64,000 nt of DNA from Azolla caroliniana. Lineage: Eukaryota; Plantae; Polypodiophyta. The stretch covers positions 17,298,001 through 17,362,000 of the forward strand of contig JBHGNT010000015.1 of NCBI GenBank assembly GCA_043228905.1, given 5' to 3'. The translations under genes were made by a program, and so were the position numbers. Below are positions 1-12,074 of the stretch, in pieces. The notes under the pieces are model-generated. The model ran no database searches. It worked only from the letters and a program-made list of their open reading frames with translations, and was not told the DNA's origin. Position 1 is the stretch's first letter, and each line of letters opens with the position of its first letter.

Positions 1-6
1 TCTTCG

Positions 7-3000
7 CTAGATATGCTTCGTCTGGGACTGGTAGGCCGCATTCTTAGCAAGATGGATGGCACTTTGACTGTCGCAATAGAGTCGGTATTCATCTTGCCGG
101 ATACCGAGCTCTCCGGTGAAGTCCTTCATCCATAATATTTCCTTGCCGGCTTCCACAACTGCCATGTACTCCGCCTCCGTGGTTGACAATGCAACCGTCT
201 TCTGCAGCCTTGACTGCCACGAAACAGCTGGGGGTATCCACATCAGCCGACATGTCCGAATCGGTGAAATCGTCAAGTTGAGGTTTTCCGGAGCCGAATT
301 GGAGACACATATTTGAAGTGCCCTTCAAATACCGGAGTATCCATTTGACCACATTCCAGTGCTCCTTGCCGGGATTGCTCATAAACCGGCTCACCACTCC
401 GACTGCGTATCCTATATCCGGTCGGGCACACACCATTGCGTACATCAAGCTCCCGACGGCAGAGGCATATGGAATCTTCATCATATCCGCCTTCTCTGCT
501 TTCGTCTTCGGGCTTTGCTTACCGGATAGCCTGCAGTTTGCTGGAAGTGTCGATCCGACCGGTTTCGCATCTGACATGTTGAACCCAAGTCTTTCATTGA
601 GAAGGTCCGGTTGAGAGCCTTCTTCAACATCCATATTTTGGCTTGGTCCCGTCCGACGATCAACATGTCGTCCACGTACAGAAGGAGTATCAGGAAGTCG
701 CCTCCTTCGAACTTCTTGACAAACACGCAGTGATCGGCATGCATCTTGTGGTACCCTTGATCGGTCATGAAGGAATCGAACTTCCGGTACCATTGCCGGG
801 GAGCCTACTTCAGTCCGTACAGGCTCTTCTTCAACTTGCATACCAGGTGCTCCTTTCGTTTCTCCACAAATCCCTCCGGTTGCTGCATGTAGATCTCCTC
901 TTCGAGGTCGCCGTGAAGGAATGCCGTCTTCACGTCCAGCTGCTCTACCTCGAGGTCCATGCTCGCCGCTATACTCAGCACCGTCTGGATGGAGGTCATC
1001 TTTACTACCGGGGCAAATATCTCGTCAAAGTCCACGCCATTTTTCTGCTGGAACCCCTTCACCACGATCCTGGCTTTGTATCTCGGGGGGTTGCCGGCAT
1101 CTCCCGGTTTCAACTTGTACACCCACTTGTTTCGGAGTGCCCGCTTTCCTTTTGGCAACTCCACCAATTCGTACGTATGGTTCTCATGCAGGGAATCCAT
1201 CTCATCCTACATGGCACTTAACCATTCGCGGTTGTGGGCGTCATCCTTCGCTTCTTCGAAGCTTTCCGGCTCCCCCTCATCGGTCAGCAGAACATGCTCT
1301 GCATCCGGAAATCTCCGGGGCGCCCTTCTCTCTCTAAGTGGATATCTCCGTCTTCGGGATTCGGTAACCGGCTCCTCCATTTGCTCTTCATCCGAATCCG
1401 ATTCGGGGTCTTGGCCGGTTCCGGTTTCAGCTTCCTCTACTTCTTCTTCAGCCTGTTCGGTATCCTCACCGTAACCGGCTGGTCCCTTCAGTGCTAACCG
1501 GTCTCTTGCCGGTTGGGTCTGCTCATCGTAGAGTCGATCCTTATCGGTCGACTCGGAGTTCATTATCTTCTTCTCCGACTCCCAGTCGGCGAGCGTCTTG
1601 TCCTCCATGAAGATAATATCTCGACTCCGGAATACCTTCTTGTCGACCAGGTCCCACACTCGGTAGCTGAACTCATCGTCACCATAACCGAGGAATATGC
1701 ATGGCCGGGTCTTTGGATCTAACTTTCCTCTCTGGTCCTTAGCTACATGCATGTACGCGAGACACCCGAACACCTTCAAATGCCGGTAGGATACTTCCTT
1801 ACTGGTCCACACTCTCTGTGGCGTGTCTCCGTCCAAGGGTACTGAGGGTGATCTATTTATCACATATGTCGCCGTCAACAATGCCTCAACCCAAAACTTC
1901 TTGGGTAATTTTGCATGCGCTAGCATACTCCGGACCCTCTCCATTATGGGCCGATTCATCCTCTCGGCCAGTCCGTTTAGTTCCGGCGTCTTCGGCACGG
2001 TAAATTCGAGCGGCAGTACTCCTTGAACTGCCCCCGGTATTCTCCTCCGTTATTTGCTCGAACCGCCTTCAGCTTCCGACCGGTTTCTCTTTCCACTCTC
2101 GCGTGGAGCTCTTTGAAGACGGATAGCACCTGATCCTTCGTCTTCAACGGTGTGGCCCACAGCTTCCGGCTGTGGTCATCTATGAACATCACGAAGTACT
2201 GCGCTCCGGCATGTGACTTCATGTCTACTTGACACACATCCGTATGCACCAACTCCAGTGGTGCATTACGTCTCATCGGTGGCCTTGGTCGGAAGGAGTT
2301 CCGGTTCTGCTTACCGGCCAAACAATCAGTGCACTTCTCTAAGTGTACGTTCTTCACTGGAATGAGGTTGTCGTTTGCAAGCCTCTTTATCCCCTTCTCG
2401 CTCATATGACACAACCTCTTGTGCCACAGCTCACCGACAGTGTCGGATGCCACGTTCACTTCTTCCGGGCATAGCTGGGCATTCATCAGGTATAACGTGT
2501 TTACCTTCCCGGCCCGAGCCACAATCAGGCTCTCTTTGCTGAACTTCATGACACCGTTCCGGATGCTACCCATGTAGCCTTCATCATCTAGCCGACCGAC
2601 TGATATCAGGTTCAGACGAACCTCCGGAACGTGTCGGACATCCTTCAGCAGCAACTTGCATCCGGTTGGTGTTGTCAGCCACACATCTCCTATGCCGACA
2701 ATTAGGCATGTACCTTCATTCCCCATCCAGACACAACCGTGATCACCGACTGCGTAGAATGAGAAGCATTTCCGGTCCGGGGTAAGGAGGAACGACGCTC
2801 CGGAGTCTACCACCCAGGTCATCTCGTCGCCGGCAAGGTTTATCTCACTCTCCTCGGTGATGAGCATCAACTCTTCTTCACTTGCCGCGATTGCCGTTGT
2901 TCCCTTCCGGTCCGGCCCCCTCCGGTCTTTACCGTTCCGGTCCGGGGTCTGCTTCGCATTGGTACCGTCGGTTTCCTTGTCTTTTCGGAAATGCCGACAG

Positions 3001-3731
3001 TTCTTTTGGAAGTGTCCCGGCTTGCCACAATAGAAGCAAGTAGGCCTTCCCCTTGACTTTGACCGTGTCCCTGACTTCTCCTGGTTCTGGGGACTACGGT
3101 TTCTATGTCTTCCGTGTTCCGATTCGGTAAGGAGCGCTTTGGAGTCGGAGCTCGTATCTTTATCTTTCCGACGCGCCTCCTCATCTAGCAAGCTCGACTT
3201 TACTCTTGCTAGGGATAACCATTTTCCTTCCGGCCCGGCGTTGCCCAAACTGACAACCATCGTCTCCCAGCTATCCGGGAGGGAACCGAGCAGGAGTAGC
3301 GCTAGTACCTCATCGGCGAGAGGTACTTCCAATGAAGTTGGCTGGTGGATCAGCCCCTGGAAGGCATTCATGTGCTCTGCCATGTTGGAGCCATCTTGGT
3401 ACCGGAGTCTTACTAGCTTCTGGAATACCGAAACCTGATTAACTGCATTTTTGTTTTGAAACATAATGCCGATCTTCTCCCAGAGCTCATGAGCCTTGCT
3501 CTCTTCATTGAAGTTGTTGTATAGGCTCATGTCGATGAAGCACCGTATGTACGCCGTTGTCTTCATGTGCATCACCTCCCATATTGTGGCGTCGATCTTG
3601 TCCGGTCTCTTGTCCCCGAACTGAACCGGTAACCAAAGATCTTTAACCACGAGCATGTCCCTCATCTTCGACTTCCACATTGAATAGTTGGAGCCGGTGA
3701 GCTTGAACATGCCGCCAAATGATTCGTCCAT
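7..3731 (-). pseudogene. copia A gag-pol, broken by frameshifts, stops and small deletions
   Basis: ORF pieces 1977-3731, 1207-1998, 805-1200, 481-768, 89-841 and 7-276 carry consecutive copia domains in different frames. Confidence 0.93.
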
Positions 3732-3746
3732 TTTCTGTGTCGTTTT

Positions 3747-3758
3747 GCTCTAATACCA
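3747..3758 (-). promoter_or_regulatory. PBS of copia A (tRNA-iMet type)
   Basis: Minus strand TGGTATTAGAGC, one mismatch from TGGTATCAGAGC, 2 nt inside the LTR end. Confidence 0.85.
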
Positions 3759-3760
3759 CT

Positions 3761-4379
3761 TGACGGGAACTGCACGCTCCCTATACGCAACGCTCGGCCA
3801 CAACCGAGCTTAGAGTCATACATAGAAAACGGGAAATAATGAAGGACACGAAGAAGGGATGAGTACGCAGGATGTTTACGTGGAAAACCCAAACTAAGGG
3901 AAAAACCACGGCAGCCCATGGGCTGCAAACTATCACTATGTTAGAATGTACAACCATGAGTTCACGGAGGCAACGACCTCGTGCTCACAATCCTCGCCAC
4001 AGGCGGCGGACTCTCAGAAACATATTTACGAATATGTCTCTTCATCCGGTGAGCACTCCTCACCGGGCCTGCACCATCCGGCTCTCCGTAGCCGGGTACT
4101 CCTCATCTGGTTCTCACCGGGTCTGCACCATCCGGCTCTTCGAAGCCGGGTACTCCTCATCCGGTTCTCACCGGGTCTGCACCATCCGGCTCTCCGTAGC
4201 CGGGTACTCCTCATCCGGTTCTCACCGGGTCTGCACCATCCGGCTCTCCGTAGCCGTGTACTCCTCATCCGGTTCTCACCGGGTCTGTGCACCATCCGGC
4301 TCTCCGTAGCCGGGTACTCGTCATACGGTTTCGACACTGCTCTTCTCCCTTCCCATCCGGAGGGACCTGTCTCCGAACA
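3761..4379 (-). repeat. 5' LTR of copia A
   Basis: TG...CA termini. Shares GGATGTTT..ACGTGGAAAACCC and CCCATCCGGAGGGACC with the LTR at 63315-63871. Confidence 0.85.
4059..4324. repeat. 54-bp tandem repeat, about 5 copies, in U3 of the copia A LTR
   Basis: Unit CCGGGTCTGCACCATCCGGCTCTCCGTAGCCGGGTACTCCTCATCCGGTTCTCA; appears as an 18-aa repeat in the ORF track. Confidence 0.95.
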
Positions 4380-7147
4380 CATTGTTACGTCCTCCGTGGT
4401 GTCGGCCGTTTTTGTATGTTCCGGGGAGTGGGGGGGAGATTCCGCTTGGTCTGCACCGTTCTCCGTGTGGTCTGATGATAGTGTGGGCTCGTGCGGCTGA
4501 ACCTCTTGTTGTGTAGTGGTTTCGCTGTCTAGTCCTGTGGGGAACTCCGCTCGTCGGTCCTCACTATTCTCCATCGTTGTCATCTCTGGTGATCGGGCCT
4601 GAGGTTCCTCTTCTTCGTCTGTGCCCGGAATTGGCGTCGCGCTGGATTCCTCATTTGTGCGCGTGTTGCCGGCTTGTGTGATATGGTGAAATAGCTCCTC
4701 CTGGCTTTCACCAAAATCATCTAAGAGCTGCGCGAGTTCTTCGGAGTGTTGGTCCACTAGCGCACGATAGTCTTGCGCTAGGTCCTCCCGTACGGCCACA
4801 ATGCTCTCCTCATTTAGTTTATAGAAACCTCGATTGTCTTTTCGCCGGTTCTCCCAGTCCGCACGATATGCGTGTAATTCTGCTGCTTGGGTTGCCCACG
4901 CCATCCATCCTTTGTCCAGCGCCGTTTTCAATTGCGCTGTGAACCTCTCCCGATTTGTTTGGAGAAGGATCCACACGTTATCTGTGATGGCCTGGCAACG
5001 GTTACGTGCGTCTTCCATCGACTTCTGGAGATTTGCGATTTCCTGCTATTTAACCGCTGCCGCTTCCTCATATGTGGCCTTCAGGCCCACCCACAGCTGG
5101 GATTCCTTTGCATGTTGTTCTTCTAATTTCCCCATTTCATTATTTAGGCGGATTTCGAGCTGATGCCTTCTGTCTTGTTCGACCACCAACTGCTCATCGA
5201 ACCATACCTTCTTTTTTTCTAATTAGGCCCGGAGTCCCACTATGGCCACCTTCAATTTCTTCGCGTCCTCTCGTAATTGGGCGTTGTCGTCTTTTGTCCG
5301 GATGTGCTGAGCTACCTCTGTAGAGAGTTTCTCTTCAAGGGTTTTTACTGCCTTTCGGCCGTTAACCCGTATCTCCTTTTCTCTGTCAGAGGATTAGCGT
5401 AGTTCTGCTCGAAGGCGGTCAATTTCTGATTCCGCTAGTTGCACGACCCTTTTTTCTTTTGAGGCGATGGCGGTCTGCGCCTCTATTTCTTCTTTTAGGG
5501 TGTCGATGACATGGTTCGGTGGCGGGGTTGCGTGTTGCACCGTAGTCATGTGAGCTTTCAGCTCCACGATGCGTGCGTTGGCTTTTTGCAGTTCGGCTTG
5601 GGTAAGTTTAACCTTCTTCCAGACATTCTTATTTTTTATGGCCATCTCCTTGGCGCCCGTGCTGACCTTTGCTTGTTCCCGATGGACTTCGACTAGGGGC
5701 GTGCTTAAGGGGGGTATCTCCATCCCCACTCGGCGTACCCTGGCGTTCCGTTGTCTGCCGACCCTGGCGAGCCGGTCCTCATCATCGCTCTCCGTTGTTT
5801 GTGTTAGGGCGTGCTCGATCATCTGGCGTTCCGCATGCTCTTCTGTCATTCGTTGGGCGTCTTTTACCTATTGCGTTGCCAGGAACTCCATGAGCTCAAA
5901 AGAAATACCAAACTGCAAGAGGGCGCTGAAATCGTGGGCCGTATCCGGGATATCCGGATATGCCAAAACCTCGCTTTCCACCGTTAATACGGCTTTCCCT
6001 CGTTGGGACTGGGTCGTAATAATCGGCCATGGCTCCCGGATGATTTCGAAGGTGGTATTGGTTTCCGCTGCTGCGGAGCCATCGCCTTCGGTCGGTGTCT
6101 CTGTTGCCGTGGGGGCGTTTTTTACCAACCCCCGCCCATCTTTCCTATCCAATCTACGCCGTTTTGGTCTGGGGCTTTCCTGTCATGTTTCAGTGTTTGG
6201 CTCTAGGGCTGCTTCTATGGAACGTGTCGGTTGTTCCTCCTGCGCTGTCCGTGTGTCCGGCTGGTCGGTAGGGGGTGTTGTCCTTGGGTCTGGCTGGGCG
6301 GGTTGGGGTTCCTTTTCCCACTTTGGGGCCGATAACTCTGCTAACCTGTGTTTCGCGGATCGGGGTGGGGGCGTGGGTCGGCTGGGCTGCGGTGCCGGCA
6401 GGCCGCGGGGTGGAAATAGTACCGTAAGGTATTGTTGGATGATCGGCTTGAGCTTTTTGCCCGCTTGGTACGCATGCAAGCCTTCCCTTAACGTTGGCCT
6501 TGTGATGACCCCCTAGTCGACGACACGCCCTTCAAAGGTATCGATAATGATGTCCGCCTTCTGCTTAGGTATCCAAATGCGTTGACATGTACACAGCTGA
6601 CTGCTAGCAGGAACTTGGCAACTTCACGGAAGAAGGGATCCAGAATCTGCTTTGTTCTATAGGCCTTTGCGAAGGAGGAATATGGACCAAAATACCATTG
6701 CAGCGTCTCTGTAGGAGGTATTTCGAAATGTCTTTCGCCTAGTGAGGATAGGTCCAACTTCTTCCGGATGGAAGAGTTGGAGATCGTGTCGATGTTAAGC
6801 TTCCTGGCGATGTCCATGGCATTCGGGTGCGGAGGTGCTTCTGCGACCCGGATGTAACCATCCATGCGTTTCTCCACGAGCCATCGGCGTAGAGCGGTAG
6901 AGATGAAGATCGACATCTCCAGAGTAGGTTCGTGGGGAGGAGATGGGTGGTTGCGGTGAGTTGGAGCTCTGTGATCGGATGGGAAAGAAGGTGAGGGTGA
7001 GGAGCGATGGGAGTGCTGATAGCTAGAAGATGGGTTTCTGTTTTGTGCAGAAAATCTTCTGTTTCCTTCTTTTTGTGGCTTAGGGTTCATTGGGTGGTGA
7101 GCCATCGTGGTGTCGCGTGTTCTTGAACGAGGAGTTTGTGCATGCAT
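4380..7147 (-). pseudogene. Extra sense-strand ORF downstream of pol in element B (env-like position), fragmented
   Basis: Consecutive minus-strand ORFs 6488-7147, 6183-6479, 5868-6152, 5394-5849 and 4380-5018, with coiled-coil-like and acidic/Pro-rich parts. The homologous C-terminus recurs at 59147-59760. Confidence 0.75.
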
Positions 7148-7250
7148 TTAATCGTTTTAATAGTTGCTATCTTCTCCTTTTATTTTATTTTATTCATAAC
7201 GGTTATTTACAACCTATTTTTACATTATGGTACAAGAGGGGCTGTCCATT

Positions 7251-10200
7251 TTACGCTGCGGGTTCTCCGGCTTTGTCCCGTTCGGCGGTGAATGGGTTAG
7301 GTGGCGTAGGGCCTAGGTAAGGTTTGAGCCGAAACCCATTCACTTTTTGCTGTACTACTTCTCCAGCCAGCGTACCTAGTTGGAACGTGCCTTGTTCCGC
7401 TCCAGTGAAACGTAACTTCCCCGACATATGGCCCATGCGCGTTTGAAAAACTAGCACTGCTCGACCCACGGTGAACTCCTTTTCCCTTGCGTTCCAATGT
7501 CGATCCACAAACGCTTTACGCCGTCGCTGTTCCTGTTCCAACACAGCCATGCTGTGGACGCGTTTTTCCCATAGTTCGAGGAGTTGGTAGAGCCGTACCT
7601 CCTCCGACTTGGCTTCTGATAATCGGTTCCGTACCTGAATTCACAAACTAGGTAGCTGAAATTCGACCGGCATCACAGCCTCCAGTCCAAACGCTAGTCG
7701 GAACGGTGTTGACTGTATGCTTGTTTTGTAGCTGGTTCTGTACGCCCATAACGCACTCTGTAGTTTGGTATCCCAGTCCGTTCTATTTTCATTGACGATT
7801 TTCTTCAAAATGGTCTGTATGTCTTGTTGGTGGATTCTACTAATCCATTCGCCTGCGGATAATATGGCGTGCTCTTCTTATGGACTACGGTGTAAAGATG
7901 TGTTAGTTCCTGAACCACCGTATTGAGAAAGTGATTCCCTTGGTCACTGATGTGCTCGTAAAGGAATCTGGCTGTGACGGCCGCCGTATTTTCACGTAGT
8001 GCCTTTGCTTCTACCCATTTGGTGCTACCAATATGTATTTATTGCCCATACGGGCCGCCGCTAGTGTGAAGGGCCCTACAAAATCCAATCCCCACTTTTG
8101 GAAGGGGTCCTACAAAATCCAATCCCCACAAAACCGGTAATACGGGCTAGTGTGGCATCCTTGCGTCTTCTGTGGGCTGACCCATCCGTTGACACAAATC
8201 ACACTTTCTGCAATACTCGGATGCGTCCTTCTGCGTTGTTGGCCACCATAAGCCTGCTTGCCATAATTTCCGGGTTGTTATGTCACCTGCGTAATGGCCA
8301 CCTGTTGTGCCACAGTGTGCCTCCCGTAAAACTGTCCTTCTCATCCTGACGGACCCCACGTCGCCAAATGCCGTCACTTCCTTTGTGATATAAAACGCCT
8401 TTGACGAGGCAGAAGTGACAGCTAGTTGTTTCTTCTCGTCTGTGCGTAATTGTGGTGGAGGCAGTCCTGTAGTTAAAAAGTATGTCATTTCCACAAGCCA
8501 CCGGTCCTGAAAGGTCGATTCCGTTTTTTCTGCTAGTGTCGCTACCCGCAGGATGTCGGCGTTCGGAAAAACGTCGTCGTCTTTCTGTAATGTCTCCATT
8601 CTCAAGTCTGCTAAAAAAATCCACCACTGCGTGTTGCGTCCCTGGTCGGTGCTGAATTACGAAATCGAATTCCTAGAGTAGCAGCATCCACCGCGCCAAT
8701 TTCCCTGTGAGGGCTTGTTTCTCCACCAAATATAGTAGTGCCGAATTGTCCACGTGGAACGTGAATTTCCTTCCTAATAAATAGTGTCAGAATTTATTGA
8801 TGCTATAGATCATCCCTAGCGCCTCCCGCTCTGTTGTGGAATAGTTACGCTCTGCTGTTGACAATTTACGACTAGCGTAGTATACTGGCTTGTACCAGTT
8901 TGGTTCGGTGAGCTGCATTAGTGCGCTTCCTATTGCTATGTCCGAGGCGTCGACAAACATGTGGAATGGCTTCGCCCAAACTGGTGGTTGTATGACGGGA
9001 GCCTGTGTGAGCATTATGTTGAGTGCCTCATAGGCCTTATCCTCCGTTGCAGTCCATTGGAAAGGAGTCTGATGTACGACAACATGTAGCGGCGTGGCGA
9101 AGTCCGCCAAATACTGTATCATCCGACTATGCCACAGTATTTGTCCTAAAAACTGGCTAAGCGATTTTGCATTTGTTGGAGTTTTGGCTTGCGTAATTGC
9201 GGAGATCTTGTTTGGCTCGAACGCTATTCCCTCCTTGCTGACTATATGGCCTAGGAGAGTCCCGCTGATCACGTTGAAGGCACATTTTGCGGGATTCAGG
9301 CTTAAGCGTGCGGTGCGGCAACGTTCCAGGAACATTCGTAAGTGTGTAAAATGGTCTATTGTTCTCCCATATACCGCAAAGTCGTCTAGAAAAACTTACA
9401 TAAACGCCGGAATGTATTCCCCAAAGATCTCCGTAATCGTTCGTTGAAATGTTGCCGACACTGTCTTTAGCCCGAACATCATGACGACCGCCACATATAC
9501 TCCCCAGTCTGTGACAATCTACGCATACCCGTATTTTGCCGTTTTTCTTTGGGACAACCACTATCGGGCTTAGTCATGTCGCTTGTTTAACTAGCCATAT
9601 GAACCCTGCCCTCAAGAGCTTGTCAATTTCTTCTTTCACGCGGGTCGCGTAATTGGGGTTCATGCGGTAGCGGCGCTGCTGGACAGGTTTTGCGTCAGTT
9701 GCTAAATTGATCTTATGCTGATAGAACTTGGGATCTAACCCCTTCATGTCCTCGTGAGCCTAAGCGAACATATCTTTATATTCCGTGAGTAGTGCGATCA
9801 TTGTGATTCTCTGGTCCGGCCTTAATTCCTTTGCGATGGAGAGGAACTGGGGCTCCGATTCCGTACCCACATTTACTTCTTCGAGAGCGGAAGTGGTGAC
9901 TCGTCGTGAAATCTCCATTTCCCTTTGGAATGCCGCCCGTGCTCTACTGAGTTCCAATATGGCCTATGGGTTTGGTTCGTAGGGCTCGTCGTGGGGAACA
10001 GTGGCCGTGGCATATTCTGCCGCGGTTGCGATGATGTCTATTTCAAATAGAGGAATAATCCAAGGGTGTTCGTCGGGGTATGCCTCCAATTCTGCATCCT
10101 CCACCGCAACCAACATATTTATATCCTCCGCATATAACGGTGTTATAACCTTAGGTTGTGGTGTGCTGCCTTCCGTAGGTACGCGAACCTTGGTGCGGCC

Positions 10201-11684
10201 ATGCCGGAAACTGATACACTCATGTTGCCAGCTCTGCTTGATATTTGCTGTTCGAAGCCATGGTCTGCCCAGAAGCACTGGGTACGCCCCTGGGGCGTCC
10301 AATGCGAGGACGACCGTCGAGATGTCGAAGCGGTGTCCGCCCACGATGATGCCTATTTTGCGAATTAACCCCAACGGTCGCACTGAGTGGGTATCTGCCA
10401 TGCGGAGCCAGAATGGACAAGCCTCCCATTAGGAAATGCCTAACTACTCGCAAGTTTTCGAGCTAATTACATTGACGCCTGAGTTGCCATCGATTACGCA
10501 TCCAGGAACTTCCTGTCCGTGCAATATTACTGTAATAACCGGGTTGTGCTGATCCACCATCGGTGGTCCATCGCTGACGTCTGTCAGGTTTGTAGCGACA
10601 CTCGCCCCGGGTATGCCTGTCACCCGTTCTTCCATGGTTTGGCGGAAGCGTGGAACAAGTTGTAGCAGTTTTTTCATGGTTAACGTTATTTTACAGCCTG
10701 CTAACGCTTGCCAAATGGGGTCCGGACCCAGTCTTTCGTCCTCTGTTCGCTCCATTGTGTTTGCGGACTCCTTCCGCATGCGTTCCGTATTCGTCGTGTT
10801 TGCTTTTTCCAGCCACACTTGGGCTTGGCGACGTACCTCGTCTTGTGAAGCCCAATCAACCGTTTTTGTTTGTTGGCGTGTCGTGACTTGCTGCACTTCC
10901 GCCGTAATCGTATTGACAGCGGGCCCCTTCCCCTTGCGTGCTGGGCATTGTGTGGCATAATGTCCGGGGGTCTGACAAATAAAATAGTGGATGCTTGATT
11001 CACCCTTCTCGGCTCCTGGTGGTGTGTGCCGCTCCCCTGGTGCTACTTGCTCTTCGCGGTCCAACCTCGTTTGTCGGAACGTACGCGGTGGTTGCTGTTG
11101 GTTCCTTCTTTGTTGCTGGTGCCACTCATCTCCCGAGCTTTCGTCGTAATGCCGGTGATCTCGATATTGTCGTGGCTTACCACGATAACCATTGAAGTCG
11201 CCCCGTTTGTTTGTCGGCCGGTGATTCTCGTAGCGCCGACCCCCTTTGGCGTAAGTCGGAGTTCCACAGTACTCCTCGTCCTCTGGTTCGTCCTCCTCAG
11301 AATCGTTGTGATGTCGGCGATTCCGGTGGTGCCGGTCATCCTGGGGGTTGCGATCCCTATACCGTGGTCGGTCTTCCTGCCTCCTTTGTTCAGTCCGGTG
11401 TGGTGGACGCTGCGTGTCCATGTTGCGGACTGCAGGAACGGCTCTGTTCAACATATTGTATTCGCATTGGTCGACTGTGTGAGACTTCGAGTGGCAGATG
11501 GGACAGTGGATTCGCATATTGCATTCCACTGCGGAATGCCTCGAGTTCAAGAAAATCGTGCATTGGATGGCTTGACGAAACTGGCGTTCCGTGTCCTGAG
11601 GTAACGCTTGTCGTAAGGAGGACATAGAAAACCTTTCTTCCTCGTCATCCAACTCGAGCTGTAATGCACGTTCAATTACCATAT
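7251..11684 (-). pseudogene. Element B gag C-terminus, PR, RT, RNase H, INT (degenerate)
   Basis: CCHC-like knuckles (CPICHSKSHTVDQC), PR VIDGNSGVN, VVPKKNGKIRVCVD, FLDDFAVY, FVDASD..IG, ERNYSTTERE, and the integrase His/Cys zinc motif; several stops and an RT deletion near 9515. Confidence 0.92.
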
Positions 11685-11689
11685 CAGCC

Positions 11690-12074
11690 TGTAAAAAGTA
11701 GCGTGCGGAAGCAGGTATGAAGACAAAACAGAGGAAGGAAACTCAGGTTCAATGGAGAGCTTAGGCTTACACGGTATACGTGGGAGAGACAGGGAGAGAA
11801 ACAAAAAAAACTATATTCAACAATAATACTCAGTCTGTACATAAGACGTGCTCAGTGAGCACTTTTATACAAGTCCTAAAAGGACTGAACGAAGTACTGA
11901 AAGTACTTCAATGCTCATCAAGAGCTCCTACACTAACTCCCAAATATATTCCTCATGGAATATCTTTCCTAACGACCTCCTGGTTTACGCACTCGGCCTA
12001 ACCGATCGGTCCCAACTGATCCAGTCCTCGGCTTCTTCAGCCGATCCGGCCGATGTTGAGCTTGTCTCTCAACA
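11690..12074 (-). repeat. 3' LTR of copia C
   Basis: TGTAAAAAG...CTCAACA, direct repeat of 24447-24831. Confidence 0.95.

Larger units (their letters stand above)
1..4379 (-). mobile_element. Ty1/copia LTR retrotransposon A (Tnt1/Tork-like); 3' end runs off the window
   Basis: Minus-strand order is gag (CFYCGKPGHFQKNC), PR (WVVDSGAS), INT (LVHTDVC, PELNGLAER), RT (YKARIVVKGF, LLYVDDM), RNase H (ALSTTEAEY). LTR at 3761-4379 and Met PBS next to it. The flank from 4380 (CATTGTTACGTCC) matches uninterrupted gypsy sequence at about 59375, so A is inserted in element B. Confidence 0.95.

Noticed and set aside
3747-3758. Variant PBS TGGTATTAGAGC in A and D as evidence of a different primer tRNA
   Set aside because: A single C-to-T change in a CAG context is explained by methyl-C deamination and still allows G-U pairing with tRNA-iMet.
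3872-5018. Repeat-containing proteins (145, 184 and 330 aa)
   Set aside because: They come from the 54-bp LTR repeat. The 330-aa ORF is a chance fusion of the B extra ORF with the inserted LTR at 4379/4380.
5569-6516. 315-aa plus-strand ORF as an antisense accessory gene
   Set aside because: It lies opposite the B extra ORF, has shadow-ORF composition and no recognisable motif.
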